DNA of 64,000 nucleotides from Escherichia coli (GCF_029227855.1 NZ_CP074356.1), one strand, 5' to 3'; positions 28,674 to 40,456 are shown, counted from the stretch's first letter. Notes: generated by a model from the sequence alone, not told the origin. Numbers and translations: made by a program.

Positions 28674-31600
28674 ATGAATAAGAAATTTAAATATAAGAAA
28701 TCGCTTTTAGCGGCTATTTTGAGCGCAACCCTGTTAGCCGGTTGTGATGGCGGTGGCTCCGGATCTTCCTCCGATACGCCGCCTGTAGATTCTGGAACAG
28801 GGTCTTTGCCGGAAGTGAAACCTGATCCAACACCAAACCCGGAGCCGACGCCGGACCCAGAACCTACGCCGGAACCGACACCTGATCCTGAGCCAACACC
28901 TGAACCGGAGCCAGAACCTGTTCCTACGAAAACGGGTTATCTGACCCTGGGCGGAAGCCAGCGGGTAACTGGTGCTACCTGTAATGGTGAATCCAGCGAT
29001 GGCTTTACATTTACACCTGGTGAGGACGTTACTTGCGTGGCGGGTAACACGACAATTGCCACCTTCAACACTCAGTCAGAAGCTGCGCGTAGCCTGCGTG
29101 CGGTTGAAAAAGTGTCGTTTAGTCTTGAGGACGCGCAAGAACTGGCGGCTTCCGATGACAAGAAAAGCAATGCGGTTTCGCTGGTAACGTCCAGTAACAG
29201 CTGTCCGGCGAATACAGAACAGGTTTGCCTGACGTTCTCCTCAGTGATCGAGAGTAAACGTTTCGACTCGCTGTATAAGCAAATCGATCTGGCACCGGAA
29301 GAGTTCAAAAAGCTGGTCAATGAAGAGGTGGAAAACAATGCCGCGACCGATAAAGCGCCATCCACTCATACTTCACCGGTCGTGCCTGTCACCACGCCGG
29401 GAACAAAACCGGATCTGAACGCTTCCTTCGTGTCGGCTAACGCGGAACAGTTTTATCAGTATCAACCTTCGGAAATCATTCTCTCCGAAGGTCGACTAGT
29501 AGATAGTCAGGGGGATGGTGTAGTTGGCGTCAACTACTACACCAATTCAGGCCGTGGCGTGACAGGGGAAAATGGTGAATTTTCCTTTAGCTGGGGCGAA
29601 ACCATCTCCTTTGGTATCGATACCTTTGAACTGGGCTCAGTGCGCGGCAATAAGTCGACCATTGCATTGACTGAACTGGGTGATGAAGTTCGCGGGGCGA
29701 ATATTGATCAGCTTATTCATCGCTATTCGACGACCGGGCAAAATAATACCCGTGTTGTTCCGGACGATGTACGCAAGGTCTTTGCCGAATATCCCAACGT
29801 GATCAACGAGATTATCAATCTCTCGTTATCCAACGGTGCGACGCTGGATGAAGGTGAGCAAGTTGTTAATCTGCCAAACGAATTTATTGAGCAGTTTAAG
29901 ACGGGTCAAGCCAAAGAGATCGATACCGCAATCTGTGCGAAAACTGGCGGTTGCAACCAGGCACGCTGGTTCTCGCTGACGACGCGCAATGTTAATGACG
30001 GCCAGATTCAGGGCGTTATCAACAAGCTGTGGGGCGTGGATACAAGTTACAAATCTGTCAGCAAGTTCCACGTATTCCATGACTCTACCAACTTCTATGG
30101 CAGCACCGGTAATGCGCGCGGTCAGGCTGTGGTGAATATCTCCAACGCGGCGTTCCCGATTCTGATGGCGCGTAATGATAAAAACTACTGGCTGGCGTTT
30201 GGCGAAAAACGCGCCTGGGATAAAAACGAGCTGGCGTACATTACGGAAGCGCCTTCTCTTGTTGAGCCGGAAAACGTTACGCGCGATACCGCCACCTTTA
30301 ACCTGCCGTTTATTTCGCTGGGGCAAGTCGGTGAGGGCAAACTGATGGTTATCGGTAACCCGCACTACAACAGCATTTTGCGTTGTCCGAACGGTTACAG
30401 CTGGGAAGGCGGTGTTGATAAAAACGGTCAGTGTACGCGTAACAGTGATTCTAATGATATGAAGCACTTTATGCAGAACGTGTTGCGCTATCTGTCCGAC
30501 GATAAATGGACGCCGGACGCGAAAGCCAGCATGACCGTAGGCACCAACCTGGATACTGTCTATTTCAAACGTCATGGTCAGGTTACAGGAAATAGCGCTG
30601 AGTTCGGCTTTCATCCGGATTTTGCGGGTATCTCTGTTGAGCATTTAAGTAGCTATGGCGATCTCGACCCGCAGGAAATGCCGCTGCTGATCCTCAACGG
30701 CTTTGAGTATGTGACTCAGGTTGGTAACGATCCTTATGCAATCCCGCTGCGAGCAGATACCAGCAAACCGAAGCTGACTCAGCAGGATGTGACCGATCTG
30801 ATCGCCTATCTGAACAAAGGTGGATCGGTGCTGATCATGGAAAACGTGATGAGCAATCTTAAGGAAGAGAGCGCGTCTGGCTTTGTACGTCTGCTTGATG
30901 CCGCAGGTCTGTCGATGGCACTGAACAAGTCGGTAGTAAATAACGATCCGCAAGGGTATCCGAACCGCGTTCGTCAGCAGCGCGCAACGGGCATTTGGGT
31001 CTATGAACGTTATCCTGCCGTAGATGGTGCGCTGCCGTACACCATCGATAGTAAGACAGGGGAAGTTAAGTGGAAATATCAGGTAGAAAACAAACCTGAT
31101 GACAAACCGAAGCTGGAAGTTGCCAGCTGGCTGGAAGATGTAGATGGCAAACAGGAAACGCGTTATGCCTTTATTGATGAGGCCGATCATAAAACAGAGG
31201 ATTCTCTGAAGGCTGCGAAGGCAAAAATCTTTGAGAAGTTTCCTGGATTAAAGGAGTGTAAGGACCCAACTTACCACTACGAGGTCAACTGTCTGGAATA
31301 TCGTCCTGGCACGGGGGTTCCGGTTACTGGTGGCATGTATGTTCCACAGTATACGCAACTAAGCCTTAACGCCGACACGGCAAAAGCGATGGTGCAGGCT
31401 GCGGATTTAGGCACCAACATTCAGCGTCTGTATCAGCATGAGCTCTACTTCCGGACCAATGGTCGCAAAGGTGAGCGTCTGAGCAGCGTCGATCTGGAAC
31501 GTCTGTACCAGAACATGTCGGTCTGGCTGTGGAATAAAATTGAATATCGCTATGAAAACGACAAGGATGACGAGCTGGGCTTTAAAACGTTCACCGAGTT

Positions 31601-33224
31601 CCTGAACTGCTACGCCAACGATGCCTATACTGGCGGCACGCAGTGTTCTGATGAGCTGAAAAAATCGCTGGTCGATAACAACATGATCTACGGCGAGAAG
31701 AGCGTTAATAAAGCGGGCATGATGAACCCGAGCTATCCGCTCAACTATATGGAAAAACCGCTGACACGTCTGATGCTGGGCCGTTCCTGGTGGGATCTGA
31801 ACATCAAAGTTGATGTCGAGAAGTATCCGGGAGCAGTATCGGAAGAGGGGCAGGAGGTTACTGAAAGCATCAGCCTGTACTCGAATCCGACCAAATGGTT
31901 TGCGGGTAACATGCAGTCTACTGGTCTGTGGGCTCCGGCTCAAAAAGAGGTCACCATTAAGTCCAATGCGGACGTTCCTGTGACTGTCACCGTGGCGCTG
32001 GCCGACGACCTTACCGGACGTGAGAAGCATGAAGTTGCTCTGAACCGTCCGCCAAAAGTGACGAAAACCTATGAGCTGAAAGCCAATGGTGAGGTGAAGT
32101 TTACGGTTCCTTACGGTGGTCTGATTTATATCAAGGGCAACAGCCCACAGAATGAGTCAGCCGAATTCACCTTTACTGGTGTGGTGAAAGCGCCGTTCTA
32201 TAAAGATGGCGCATGGAAAAACGCTCTGAACTCCCCTGCGCCGTTGGGCGAGCTGGAATCAGACGCTTTCGTCTACACCACGCCGAAGAAGAACCTTGAG
32301 GCCAGCAATTTCACTGGTGGCGTAGCAGAATTCGCTAAAGATCTGGATACCTTTGCCAGCTCGATGAATGACTTCTACGGACGTGATGGCGAAAACGGTA
32401 ACCACCGGATGTTTACCTATAAAAACTTGACGGGCCACAAGCATCGTTTCGCCAACGATGTGCAGATCTCCATCGGTGATGCGCACTCTGGTTATCCGGT
32501 AATGAACAGCAGCTTCTCGACGAACAGCACCACGCTGCCGACGACGCCGCTGAACGACTGGTTGATCTGGCACGAAGTAGGGCACAACGCTGCAGAAACG
32601 CCGCTGACTGTACCGGGCGCGACCGAAGTGGCGAACAACGTGCTGGCGCTGTACATGCAGGATCGCTATCTCGGCAAGATGAACCGTGTCGCTGACGATA
32701 TTACCGTCGCGCCGGAATATCTGAACGAGAGCAACGGTCAGGCATGGGCGCGCGGCGGTGCGGGTGACCGTCTGCTGATGTACGCGCAGCTGAAAGAGTG
32801 GGCAGAGAAAAACTTTGATATCAAACAGTGGTATCCAGAAGGTGACCTGCCTAAGTTCTACAGCGATCGTGAAGGGATGAAAGGCTGGAACCTGTTCCAG
32901 TTGATGCACCGTAAAGCACGCGGCGATGATGTTGGCGAAACCAAGTTTGGCGAAAGAAATTACTGTGCCGAATCCAACGGTAACGCTGCCGACAAGCTGA
33001 TGCTGTGTGCATCCTGGGTCGCTCAGACGGATCTTTCGGAGTTCTTTAAGAAATGGAATCCGGGCGCGAATGCTTACCAGTTGCCGGGAGCGAGCGAGAT
33101 GAACTTCGAGGGCGGTGTGAGCCAGTCGGCGTACAACACGCTGGCGTCGCTTGATCTGCCGAAACCGCAGCAAGGGCCGGAAACCATTAACAAGGTTACC
33201 GAGTATAAGATGTCTGCCGAGTAA
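28674..33224 (+). CDS. sslE: SslE/YghJ, T2SS-secreted surface lipoprotein, M60-like zinc metallopeptidase (mucinase), ~1516 aa
   Basis: Track ORF begins at TTG 28656; ATG at 28674 gives lipoprotein signal MNKKFKYKKSLLAAILSATLLAGC (lipobox LAGC); Pro/Glu/Thr-rich linker; HExxH zinc motif in WHEVGHNAAE; immediately upstream of pppA/gsp operon. Confidence 0.9.
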   Translation: MNKKFKYKKSLLAAILSATLLAGCDGGGSGSSSDTPPVDSGTGSLPEVKPDPTPNPEPTPDPEPTPEPTPDPEPTPEPEPEPVPTKTGYLTLGGSQRVTGATCNGESSDGFTFTPGEDVTCVAGNTTIATFNTQSEAARSLRAVEKVSFSLEDAQELAASDDKKSNAVSLVTSSNSCPANTEQVCLTFSSVIESKRFDSLYKQIDLAPEEFKKLVNEEVENNAATDKAPSTHTSPVVPVTTPGTKPDLNASFVSANAEQFYQYQPSEIILSEGRLVDSQGDGVVGVNYYTNSGRGVTGENGEFSFSWGETISFGIDTFELGSVRGNKSTIALTELGDEVRGANIDQLIHRYSTTGQNNTRVVPDDVRKVFAEYPNVINEIINLSLSNGATLDEGEQVVNLPNEFIEQFKTGQAKEIDTAICAKTGGCNQARWFSLTTRNVNDGQIQGVINKLWGVDTSYKSVSKFHVFHDSTNFYGSTGNARGQAVVNISNAAFPILMARNDKNYWLAFGEKRAWDKNELAYITEAPSLVEPENVTRDTATFNLPFISLGQVGEGKLMVIGNPHYNSILRCPNGYSWEGGVDKNGQCTRNSDSNDMKHFMQNVLRYLSDDKWTPDAKASMTVGTNLDTVYFKRHGQVTGNSAEFGFHPDFAGISVEHLSSYGDLDPQEMPLLILNGFEYVTQVGNDPYAIPLRADTSKPKLTQQDVTDLIAYLNKGGSVLIMENVMSNLKEESASGFVRLLDAAGLSMALNKSVVNNDPQGYPNRVRQQRATGIWVYERYPAVDGALPYTIDSKTGEVKWKYQVENKPDDKPKLEVASWLEDVDGKQETRYAFIDEADHKTEDSLKAAKAKIFEKFPGLKECKDPTYHYEVNCLEYRPGTGVPVTGGMYVPQYTQLSLNADTAKAMVQAADLGTNIQRLYQHELYFRTNGRKGERLSSVDLERLYQNMSVWLWNKIEYRYENDKDDELGFKTFTEFLNCYANDAYTGGTQCSDELKKSLVDNNMIYGEKSVNKAGMMNPSYPLNYMEKPLTRLMLGRSWWDLNIKVDVEKYPGAVSEEGQEVTESISLYSNPTKWFAGNMQSTGLWAPAQKEVTIKSNADVPVTVTVALADDLTGREKHEVALNRPPKVTKTYELKANGEVKFTVPYGGLIYIKGNSPQNESAEFTFTGVVKAPFYKDGAWKNALNSPAPLGELESDAFVYTTPKKNLEASNFTGGVAEFAKDLDTFASSMNDFYGRDGENGNHRMFTYKNLTGHKHRFANDVQISIGDAHSGYPVMNSSFSTNSTTLPTTPLNDWLIWHEVGHNAAETPLTVPGATEVANNVLALYMQDRYLGKMNRVADDITVAPEYLNESNGQAWARGGAGDRLLMYAQLKEWAEKNFDIKQWYPEGDLPKFYSDREGMKGWNLFQLMHRKARGDDVGETKFGERNYCAESNGNAADKLMLCASWVAQTDLSEFFKKWNPGANAYQLPGASEMNFEGGVSQSAYNTLASLDLPKPQQGPETINKVTEYKMSAE

Positions 33225-33225
33225 G

Positions 33226-33355
33226 CCTGTATGCCGGATAAGGCGTTCACGCCGCATCCGGCATGAAATAAGGCGCACCGGGTTGCGCCAGCTTATCGGG
33301 TCTGGAGGAAAGCCGTATGGCATACACTTGCAGGCCCGCATCCGGCAAGTTACAA
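33226..33355. repeat. REP/BIME-type palindromic repeats between sslE and pppA
   Basis: Tandem gccggataaggcgttcacgccgcatccggc-type palindromes characteristic of E. coli REP elements. Confidence 0.5.
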
Positions 33356-33371
33356 CAAACAACCTTTAACC

Positions 33372-34181
33372 ATGCTTTTTGATGTTTTTCAGCAATACCC
33401 CGCGGCGATGCCCATACTGGCAACCGTCGGAGGATTGATCATCGGCAGTTTTTTGAATGTGGTGATTTGGCGTTACCCCATCATGCTACGCCAACAAATG
33501 GCGGAGTTTCACGGTGAAATGTCGAGTGCGCAGTCAAAAATAAGCCTTGCGCTGCCGCGTTCGCACTGTCCGCATTGCCAGCAGACTATCCGCGTTCGTG
33601 ACAATATTCCGCTGCTCTCCTGGTTGATGCTCAAAGGGCGCTGCCGCGACTGTCAGGCGAAAATCAGCAAGCGTTATCCGCTGGTCGAGTTATTGACAGC
33701 ACTCGCTTTTTTGCTGGCGAGTCTGGTCTGGCCGGAAAGTGGATGGGCGCTGGCGGTGATGATATTATCCGCCTGGCTGATTGCCGCGAGCATCATCGAC
33801 CTCGATCACCAATGGCTGCCCGATGTTTTTACTCAGGGCGTATTGTGGACCGGGCTGATTGCGGCATGGGCGCAACAGAGTCCGTTAACACTACAAGACG
33901 CAGTTACCGGCGTACTGGTGGGATTTATCACTTTTTACTCTCTGCGCTGGATAGCCGGAATAGTTCTGCGTAAAGAAGCATTAGGCATGGGCGATGTATT
34001 ATTGTTCGCTGCGTTAGGTAGTTGGGTGGGGCCGTTGTCGCTACCCAATGTTGCTTTAATCGCCTCATGCTGCGGCCTGATATATGCCGTTATTACAAAA
34101 AGAGGATCAACCACACTGCCTTTTGGACCGTGTTTAAGTCTGGGCGGTATAGCAACACTTTATCTACAGGCATTGTTTTAA
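33372..34181 (+). CDS. pppA: Prepilin peptidase PppA (269 aa)
   Basis: Polytopic membrane protein with N-terminal Cys pairs (CPHC...CRDC) and A24 peptidase-like topology; upstream of gsp operon. Confidence 0.9.
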   Translation: MLFDVFQQYPAAMPILATVGGLIIGSFLNVVIWRYPIMLRQQMAEFHGEMSSAQSKISLALPRSHCPHCQQTIRVRDNIPLLSWLMLKGRCRDCQAKISKRYPLVELLTALAFLLASLVWPESGWALAVMILSAWLIAASIIDLDHQWLPDVFTQGVLWTGLIAAWAQQSPLTLQDAVTGVLVGFITFYSLRWIAGIVLRKEALGMGDVLLFAALGSWVGPLSLPNVALIASCCGLIYAVITKRGSTTLPFGPCLSLGGIATLYLQALF

Positions 34182-34246
34182 TGATAACCACGTCATTATC
34201 GAAGTGACATTTTTACTCTTATTAATAACCTTAGAGATTATTTACC

Positions 34247-34657
34247 ATGTCGATAAAACAAATGCCAGGGAGGGTATTAATATCGCTATTGTTGAGCGTT
34301 ACAGGATTATTAAGTGGCTGTGCCAGCCATAATGAAAATGCCAGTTTACTGGCGAAAAAACAGGCGCAAAATATCAGCCAAAACCTGCCGATTAAATCTG
34401 CGGGATATACCTTAGTGCTGGCGCAAAGTAGTGGCACGACGGTAAAAATGACCATTATCAGCGAAGCGGGTGCTCAGACCACGCAGACGCCAGACGCCTT
34501 TTTAACCAGCTATCAACGACAAATGTGCGCTGACCCGACGGTGAAATTAATGATTACCGAGGGAATTAATTACAGCATAACGATTAATGATACACGTACA
34601 GGTAACCAGTATCAGCGGAAACTGGATCGTACCACCTGTGGAATAGTCAAAGCATAA
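34247..34657 (+). CDS. yghG: YghG / GspS-beta (AspS-type) secretin pilotin lipoprotein (136 aa)
   Basis: Lipoprotein signal with lipobox LLSGC; small size; immediately upstream of gspC-D. Confidence 0.85.
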   Translation: MSIKQMPGRVLISLLLSVTGLLSGCASHNENASLLAKKQAQNISQNLPIKSAGYTLVLAQSSGTTVKMTIISEAGAQTTQTPDAFLTSYQRQMCADPTVKLMITEGINYSITINDTRTGNQYQRKLDRTTCGIVKA

Positions 34658-34674
34658 CGTCGGGTAGATATAAA

Positions 34675-35634
34675 TTGGCGCGGGTTGTTTTTCGTGACGC
34701 ACGAATTTATCTCATTCAATGGCTGACAAAAATTCGTCACACTCTTAACCAGAGACAATCTCTTAATACAGACAAAGAGCATCTGCGAAAAATTGTACGC
34801 GCGATGTTCTGGCTGATGCTGCTTATTATTTCTGCAAAAGTGGCGCATTCACTCTGGCGCTATTTCTCCTTTTCTGCGGAATATACGGCGGTTTCCCCAT
34901 CGGCGAATAAACCGCCCCGTGCAGATGCAAAAACGTTCAATAAAAATGACGTGCAATTAATCAGCCAGCAAAACTGGTTTGGCAAATATCAGCCTGTCGC
35001 CGTGCCGGTAAAACAACCTGAACCTGCGCCTGTGGCAGAAACACGTCTTAATGTGGTGCTGCGCGGGATCGCCTTTGGTGCCAGACCTGGCGCGGTTATT
35101 GAAGAAGGCGGCAAACAGCAGGTCTATTTGCAGGGGGAACGGCTTGGTTCTCACAACGCGGTGATTGAGGAAATCAATCGCGACCATGTGATGCTGCGCT
35201 ATCAGGGAAAAATAGAGCGCCTGAGCCTGGCTGAAGAGGAGCGTCCCACCGTTGCCGTGACCAACAAAAAAGCTGTCAGTGACGAAGCAAAGCAAGCCGT
35301 TGCTGAACCTGCTGTCAGTGCGCCAGTTGAGATCCCGACTGCCGTGCGTCAGGCACTGGCGAAAGATCCGCAGAAAATTTTTAACTATATCCAGCTTACG
35401 CCTGTGCGTAAGGAGGGGATTGTCGGTTATGCAGTGAAGCCGGGGGCAGATCGTTCTCTGTTCGATGTCAGCGGTTTCAGGGAAGGCGATATCGCCATTG
35501 CGCTAAATCAGCAGGATTTCACTGATCCACGAGCAATGATTGCTCTGATGCGGCAGTTACCTTCAATGGATTCCATTCAACTTACGGTTTTACGCAAGGG
35601 TGCGCGCCACGACATTTCCATCGCGCTGCGCTAA
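34675..35634 (+). CDS. gspC: T2SS-beta protein GspC (start uncertain: TTG 34675 or first ATG 34804)
   Basis: Single N-terminal TM (MFWLMLLIISAKVAHSLW), Pro-rich linker, C-terminal PDZ-like domain; precedes secretin. Confidence 0.8.
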   Translation: MARVVFRDARIYLIQWLTKIRHTLNQRQSLNTDKEHLRKIVRAMFWLMLLIISAKVAHSLWRYFSFSAEYTAVSPSANKPPRADAKTFNKNDVQLISQQNWFGKYQPVAVPVKQPEPAPVAETRLNVVLRGIAFGARPGAVIEEGGKQQVYLQGERLGSHNAVIEEINRDHVMLRYQGKIERLSLAEEERPTVAVTNKKAVSDEAKQAVAEPAVSAPVEIPTAVRQALAKDPQKIFNYIQLTPVRKEGIVGYAVKPGADRSLFDVSGFREGDIAIALNQQDFTDPRAMIALMRQLPSMDSIQLTVLRKGARHDISIALR

Positions 35635-35663
35635 CCGCATTTAATCCAGGAGAATCATTCATC

Positions 35664-37724
35664 GTGTTTTGGCGTGATATTACGTTGTCGGTCTGGCGTA
35701 AGAAGACAACTGGCCTCAAAACAAAAAAGCGTTTACTGCCGCTGGTGCTGGCAGCGGCATTATGCAGTTCACCGGTCTGGGCGGAAGAAGCCACTTTCAC
35801 CGCTAATTTTAAAGATACCGACCTGAAATCGTTCATCGAAACCGTCGGCGCTAACCTTAATAAAACCATCATTATGGGGCCGGGCGTACAGGGGAAAGTG
35901 AGTATTCGTACCATGACCCCGCTCAATGAACGCCAGTATTACCAGCTATTCCTTAACCTGCTGGAAGCACAGGGGTATGCCGTCGTACCGATGGAAAACG
36001 ACGTGCTGAAGGTGGTGAAATCCAGCGCCGCGAAAGTCGAGCCACTGCCACTGGTCGGTGAAGGCAGCGACAACTACGCGGGCGATGAAATGGTCACCAA
36101 AGTAGTGCCGGTACGTAATGTGTCGGTCCGCGAACTGGCACCGATTTTGCGCCAGATGATCGACAGCGCAGGCTCAGGCAACGTTGTTAATTACGATCCC
36201 TCCAACGTAATTATGCTCACCGGACGCGCCTCCGTCGTAGAGCGCCTGACGGAAGTGATCCAGCGTGTGGATCATGCGGGAAATCGCACTGAAGAGGTGA
36301 TCCCGCTGGATAACGCCTCGGCTTCGGAAATCGCCCGCGTGCTGGAAAGCCTGACCAAAAACAGCGGCGAGAACCAGCCAGCAACGCTGAAATCTCAAAT
36401 TGTCGCTGATGAACGCACCAACAGTGTGATTGTCAGTGGTGACCCCGCCACGCGGGACAAAATGCGCCGCCTGATCCGTCGGCTGGACTCAGAAATGGAA
36501 CGCAGCGGCAACAGCCAGGTGTTCTATCTCAAATACAGCAAAGCCGAAGATCTGGTCGATGTACTGAAGCAGGTCAGTGGCACGCTCACGGCGGCTAAAG
36601 AAGAGGCGGAAGGCACGGTCGGTAGCGGGCGTGAGGTTGTCTCCATCGCCGCCAGCAAACACAGTAATGCCCTGATTGTTACTGCGCCGCAGGACATCAT
36701 GCAGTCGCTGCAAAGCGTGATTGAACAACTGGATATTCGCCGTGCTCAGGTGCATGTCGAGGCGTTGATCGTGGAAGTTGCTGAAGGCAGCAATATCAAC
36801 TTCGGCGTGCAGTGGGCGTCGAAAGATGCCGGATTAATGCAGTTTGCTAACGGTACGCAGATCCCTATCGGTACGCTGGGCGCAGCCATTTCTCAGGCAA
36901 AACCGCAGAAAGGCTCCACGGTGATCAGCGAAAACGGTGCCACCACCATTAACCCGGATACCAACGGCGATCTCTCCACGCTCGCTCAGCTTCTTTCCGG
37001 CTTTAGCGGTACGGCGGTTGGCGTGGTGAAAGGCGACTGGATGGCGCTGGTACAGGCGGTCAAAAACGACTCCAGCTCGAACGTGCTCTCCACGCCGAGC
37101 ATCACTACGCTGGACAACCAGGAAGCCTTCTTCATGGTGGGCCAGGACGTTCCGGTATTAACTGGATCTACCGTTGGCTCCAATAACAGCAATCCTTTCA
37201 ACACGGTAGAAAGGAAAAAAGTCGGCATCATGCTGAAAGTTACGCCGCAGATTAACGAAGGTAACGCGGTACAGATGGTGATTGAGCAGGAAGTGTCGAA
37301 GGTGGAAGGACAGACCAGCCTCGACGTGGTGTTTGGTGAGCGCAAACTGAAAACCACCGTGCTGGCTAACGATGGTGAGCTAATTGTGCTTGGCGGTCTG
37401 ATGGACGACCAGGCGGGAGAAAGCGTGGCGAAAGTGCCGCTGCTTGGCGATATCCCATTGATTGGTAACCTGTTTAAATCGACGGCGGATAAAAAAGAAA
37501 AACGTAACCTGATGGTGTTTATCCGTCCGACCATTCTGCGTGACGGTATGGCGGCAGACGGCGTGTCGCAGCGCAAATATAACTATATGCGCGCCGAACA
37601 GATCTATCGCGATGAGCAAGGCTTAAGCCTGATGCCGCACACCGCGCAGCCGGTACTGCCAGCGCAAAATCAGGCCTTACCGCCGGAAGTACGTGCGTTC
37701 CTTAATGCCGGGAGAACGCGTTAA
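35664..37724 (+). CDS. gspD: T2SS-beta secretin GspD (686 aa)
   Basis: GTG start with AGGAGA RBS; signal peptide; N-domains and C-terminal secretin domain ([15 protein letters not shown] motif). Confidence 0.92.
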   Translation: MFWRDITLSVWRKKTTGLKTKKRLLPLVLAAALCSSPVWAEEATFTANFKDTDLKSFIETVGANLNKTIIMGPGVQGKVSIRTMTPLNERQYYQLFLNLLEAQGYAVVPMENDVLKVVKSSAAKVEPLPLVGEGSDNYAGDEMVTKVVPVRNVSVRELAPILRQMIDSAGSGNVVNYDPSNVIMLTGRASVVERLTEVIQRVDHAGNRTEEVIPLDNASASEIARVLESLTKNSGENQPATLKSQIVADERTNSVIVSGDPATRDKMRRLIRRLDSEMERSGNSQVFYLKYSKAEDLVDVLKQVSGTLTAAKEEAEGTVGSGREVVSIAASKHSNALIVTAPQDIMQSLQSVIEQLDIRRAQVHVEALIVEVAEGSNINFGVQWASKDAGLMQFANGTQIPIGTLGAAISQAKPQKGSTVISENGATTINPDTNGDLSTLAQLLSGFSGTAVGVVKGDWMALVQAVKNDSSSNVLSTPSITTLDNQEAFFMVGQDVPVLTGSTVGSNNSNPFNTVERKKVGIMLKVTPQINEGNAVQMVIEQEVSKVEGQTSLDVVFGERKLKTTVLANDGELIVLGGLMDDQAGESVAKVPLLGDIPLIGNLFKSTADKKEKRNLMVFIRPTILRDGMAADGVSQRKYNYMRAEQIYRDEQGLSLMPHTAQPVLPAQNQALPPEVRAFLNAGRTR

Positions 37725-39217
37725 TGGTGCCTGTAGCACAGGAAACCACCGCTAACACCGTGCGTCTGCCCTACAGTTTCAGCCGTCGGTTTAGCCTGGT
37801 GGCATGGTGCGAAGCGTCGCTGGAGATCCTCCATGTTCATCCGTTGTCGCTCTCTGTTTTGCAGGAGCTGCAGCGGGGGCTGAACGCGCCCTTTACGCTG
37901 CGGCAAATCGACGAAGCCGAATTTGAACAGCGGCTGAATGCGGTTTGGCAGCGTGACTCTTCCGAGGCTCGCCAGCTGATGGAAGATCTCGGTTCTGCCG
38001 AGGACTTTTTTACCCTCGCAGAAGAACTGCCGGAAACGGAAGATCTGCTGGAAAGTGACGACGATGCGCCGAGCATCAAACTGATCAACGCCATGCTGGC
38101 AGAGGCGATTAAAGAAGGCGCTTCGGATATCCACATCGAGACGTTTGAAAAGAGTCTGGTGATCCGTTTTCGTGTTGACGGCACATTACATGAAATGCTG
38201 CGTCCGGGGCGCAAACTGGCCTCGCTGCTGGTATCGCGTATTAAGGTGATGGCACGGCTGGATATCGCCGAAAAGCGCGTACCGCAGGATGGCCGTATTG
38301 CGCTGCTGCTGGGCGGTCGGGCGATTGACGTGCGTGTCTCCACCATGCCATCCGCCTGGGGCGAGCGCGTGGTGCTGCGACTGCTGGACAAAAACCAGGC
38401 CCGCCTGACGCTGGAGCGTCTGGGTTTAAGTCACGAACTGACCGCGCAGTTGCGCCAGCTACTGCACAAACCGCACGGCATCTTTCTGGTGACGGGGCCG
38501 ACGGGTTCCGGCAAAAGCACCACGCTGTACGCCGGATTGCAGGAGCTGAACAACCATTCGCGTAACATTCTCACGGTTGAAGATCCCATCGAATACATGA
38601 TTGAAGGGATCGGTCAGACACAGGTTAACACCCGCGTCGGCATGACCTTTGCCCGTGGCCTGCGCGCGATTTTGCGTCAGGACCCGGATGTGGTGATGGT
38701 CGGTGAAATCCGCGATACCGAAACCGCAGAAATCGCCGTTCAGGCGTCGCTCACTGGGCACCTGGTCCTTTCCACGCTGCATACCAACACGGCGGTGGGG
38801 GCGATTACGCGTTTGCAGGATATGGGCGTGGAGCCTTTCCTGCTCTCTTCCAGTCTGACGGGTGTGATGGCGCAGCGACTGGTCCGCACGTTGTGCCCCG
38901 ACTGCCGTCAGGCCGCGCCTGCTACTGACGAAGAAAAACGCCTGCTGAGGATTACCGACGCGCGTACTGTCACGCTGTACCATCCGCAGGGCTGCCCCGC
39001 CTGTAATCACAAAGGTTTTCGCGGACGTACTGCCATCCATGAGTTGATCGTGGTGGACGCCACATTGCGTGATCTGATCCACCGTCAGGCCGGGGAACTG
39101 GAGCTGGAACGTTATGTCCGACAACACTCTGCGGGTATCCGCAGCAACGGCATTGAGAAAGTGCTCGCCGGAGAAACCTCTCTCGATGAAGTTCTGCGGG
39201 TAACCATGGAGGCGTAA
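37724..39217 (+). CDS. gspE: T2SS-beta ATPase GspE (497 aa)
   Basis: Walker [10 protein letters not shown]; tetracysteine CPDC...CPAC zinc motif; start overlaps gspD stop. Confidence 0.95.
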   Translation: MVPVAQETTANTVRLPYSFSRRFSLVAWCEASLEILHVHPLSLSVLQELQRGLNAPFTLRQIDEAEFEQRLNAVWQRDSSEARQLMEDLGSAEDFFTLAEELPETEDLLESDDDAPSIKLINAMLAEAIKEGASDIHIETFEKSLVIRFRVDGTLHEMLRPGRKLASLLVSRIKVMARLDIAEKRVPQDGRIALLLGGRAIDVRVSTMPSAWGERVVLRLLDKNQARLTLERLGLSHELTAQLRQLLHKPHGIFLVTGPTGSGKSTTLYAGLQELNNHSRNILTVEDPIEYMIEGIGQTQVNTRVGMTFARGLRAILRQDPDVVMVGEIRDTETAEIAVQASLTGHLVLSTLHTNTAVGAITRLQDMGVEPFLLSSSLTGVMAQRLVRTLCPDCRQAAPATDEEKRLLRITDARTVTLYHPQGCPACNHKGFRGRTAIHELIVVDATLRDLIHRQAGELELERYVRQHSAGIRSNGIEKVLAGETSLDEVLRVTMEA

Positions 39218-40440
39218 TGGCACTGTTTTACTATCAGGCGCTGGAGCGTAATGGTCGCAAAACCAGAGGTATGATTGAGGCGGATTCCGCGCGTCATGCC
39301 CGCCAGTTGTTGCGCGGTAAAGAGCTTATCCCCGTGCACATTGAAGCACGGATGAATGCTTCGACAGGGGGAATGTTGCAGCGTCGGCGGCACGCACATC
39401 GTCGCGTGGCGGCGGCAGATCTGGCGCTGTTCACGCGCCAACTGGCAACGCTGGTACAGGCAGCAATGCCGCTGGAAACCTGTTTACAGGCGGTCAGTGA
39501 GCAAAGTGAAAAACTGCATGTAAAAAGCCTCGGAATGGCGCTGCGCAGCCGGATTCAGGAAGGCTATACCCTGTCGGACAGCCTGCGCGAACATCCCCGC
39601 GTCTTTGACTCCCTGTTTTGTTCGATGGTCGCTGCCGGAGAAAAATCCGGCCATCTCGACGTGGTGCTTAATCGCCTGGCGGATTACACCGAACAGCGGC
39701 AGCGTCTGAAATCACGCCTGCTGCAGGCCATGCTCTACCCGCTGGTACTGCTGGTGGTGGCAACGGGCGTGGTCACTATTTTGCTGACGGCAGTAGTGCC
39801 GAAAATTATCGAACAGTTTGATCATCTCGGACACGCGCTGCCTGCCTCCACCCGCACGCTCATCGCCATGAGCGACACGTTACAGACCAGCGGCGTTTAC
39901 TGGCTGGCGGGATTGCTGGGGCTTCTGGTGCTGGGGCAACGGCTACTCAAAAATCCTGCCATGCGCCTGCGCTGGGACAAAACCGTGCTGCGCCTGCCTG
40001 TGACGGGGCGTGTTGCGCGCGGGCTGAATACGGCGCGTTTTTCCCGCACCTTAAGCATCCTCACCGCCAGCAGTGTTCCGCTGCTGGAAGGCATTCAGAC
40101 CGCCGCCGCCGTGTCGGCAAATCGTTATGTCGAGCAACAACTGCTGCTGGCGGCAGATCGCGTCCGCGAAGGAAGCAGCCTGCGCGCCGCGCTGGCGGAT
40201 CTGCGCCTGTTCCCGCCGATGATGCTGTACATGATCGCCTCCGGCGAACAGAGCGGCGAACTGGAAACCATGCTTGAGCAGGCCGCAGTCAACCAGGAAC
40301 GGGAATTTGATACCCAGGTGGGGCTGGCGTTGGGGCTGTTTGAACCGGCGCTGGTGGTGATGATGGCGGGCGTGGTGCTGTTTATCGTCATCGCCATCCT
40401 CGAGCCGATGCTGCAACTGAACAATATGGTTGGAATGTAA
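39217..40440 (+). CDS. gspF: T2SS-beta inner-membrane platform protein GspF (407 aa)
   Basis: Polytopic, duplicated GspF domains, start overlaps gspE stop. Confidence 0.92.
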   Translation: MALFYYQALERNGRKTRGMIEADSARHARQLLRGKELIPVHIEARMNASTGGMLQRRRHAHRRVAAADLALFTRQLATLVQAAMPLETCLQAVSEQSEKLHVKSLGMALRSRIQEGYTLSDSLREHPRVFDSLFCSMVAAGEKSGHLDVVLNRLADYTEQRQRLKSRLLQAMLYPLVLLVVATGVVTILLTAVVPKIIEQFDHLGHALPASTRTLIAMSDTLQTSGVYWLAGLLGLLVLGQRLLKNPAMRLRWDKTVLRLPVTGRVARGLNTARFSRTLSILTASSVPLLEGIQTAAAVSANRYVEQQLLLAADRVREGSSLRAALADLRLFPPMMLYMIASGEQSGELETMLEQAAVNQEREFDTQVGLALGLFEPALVVMMAGVVLFIVIAILEPMLQLNNMVGM

Positions 40441-40456
40441 TTTACGGAGTTATCAC

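Noticed and set aside
29826-33362. Series of long minus-strand ORFs (272, 181, 207, 367 aa) inside sslE
   Set aside because: All lie antisense within the sslE coding sequence; Arg/Val-rich reverse-frame composition; no plausible promoters or RBS.
37837-39223. 184-aa and 254-aa minus-strand ORFs inside gspE
   Set aside because: Antisense to a highly conserved ATPase gene; Ser/Arg-rich low-complexity translation.
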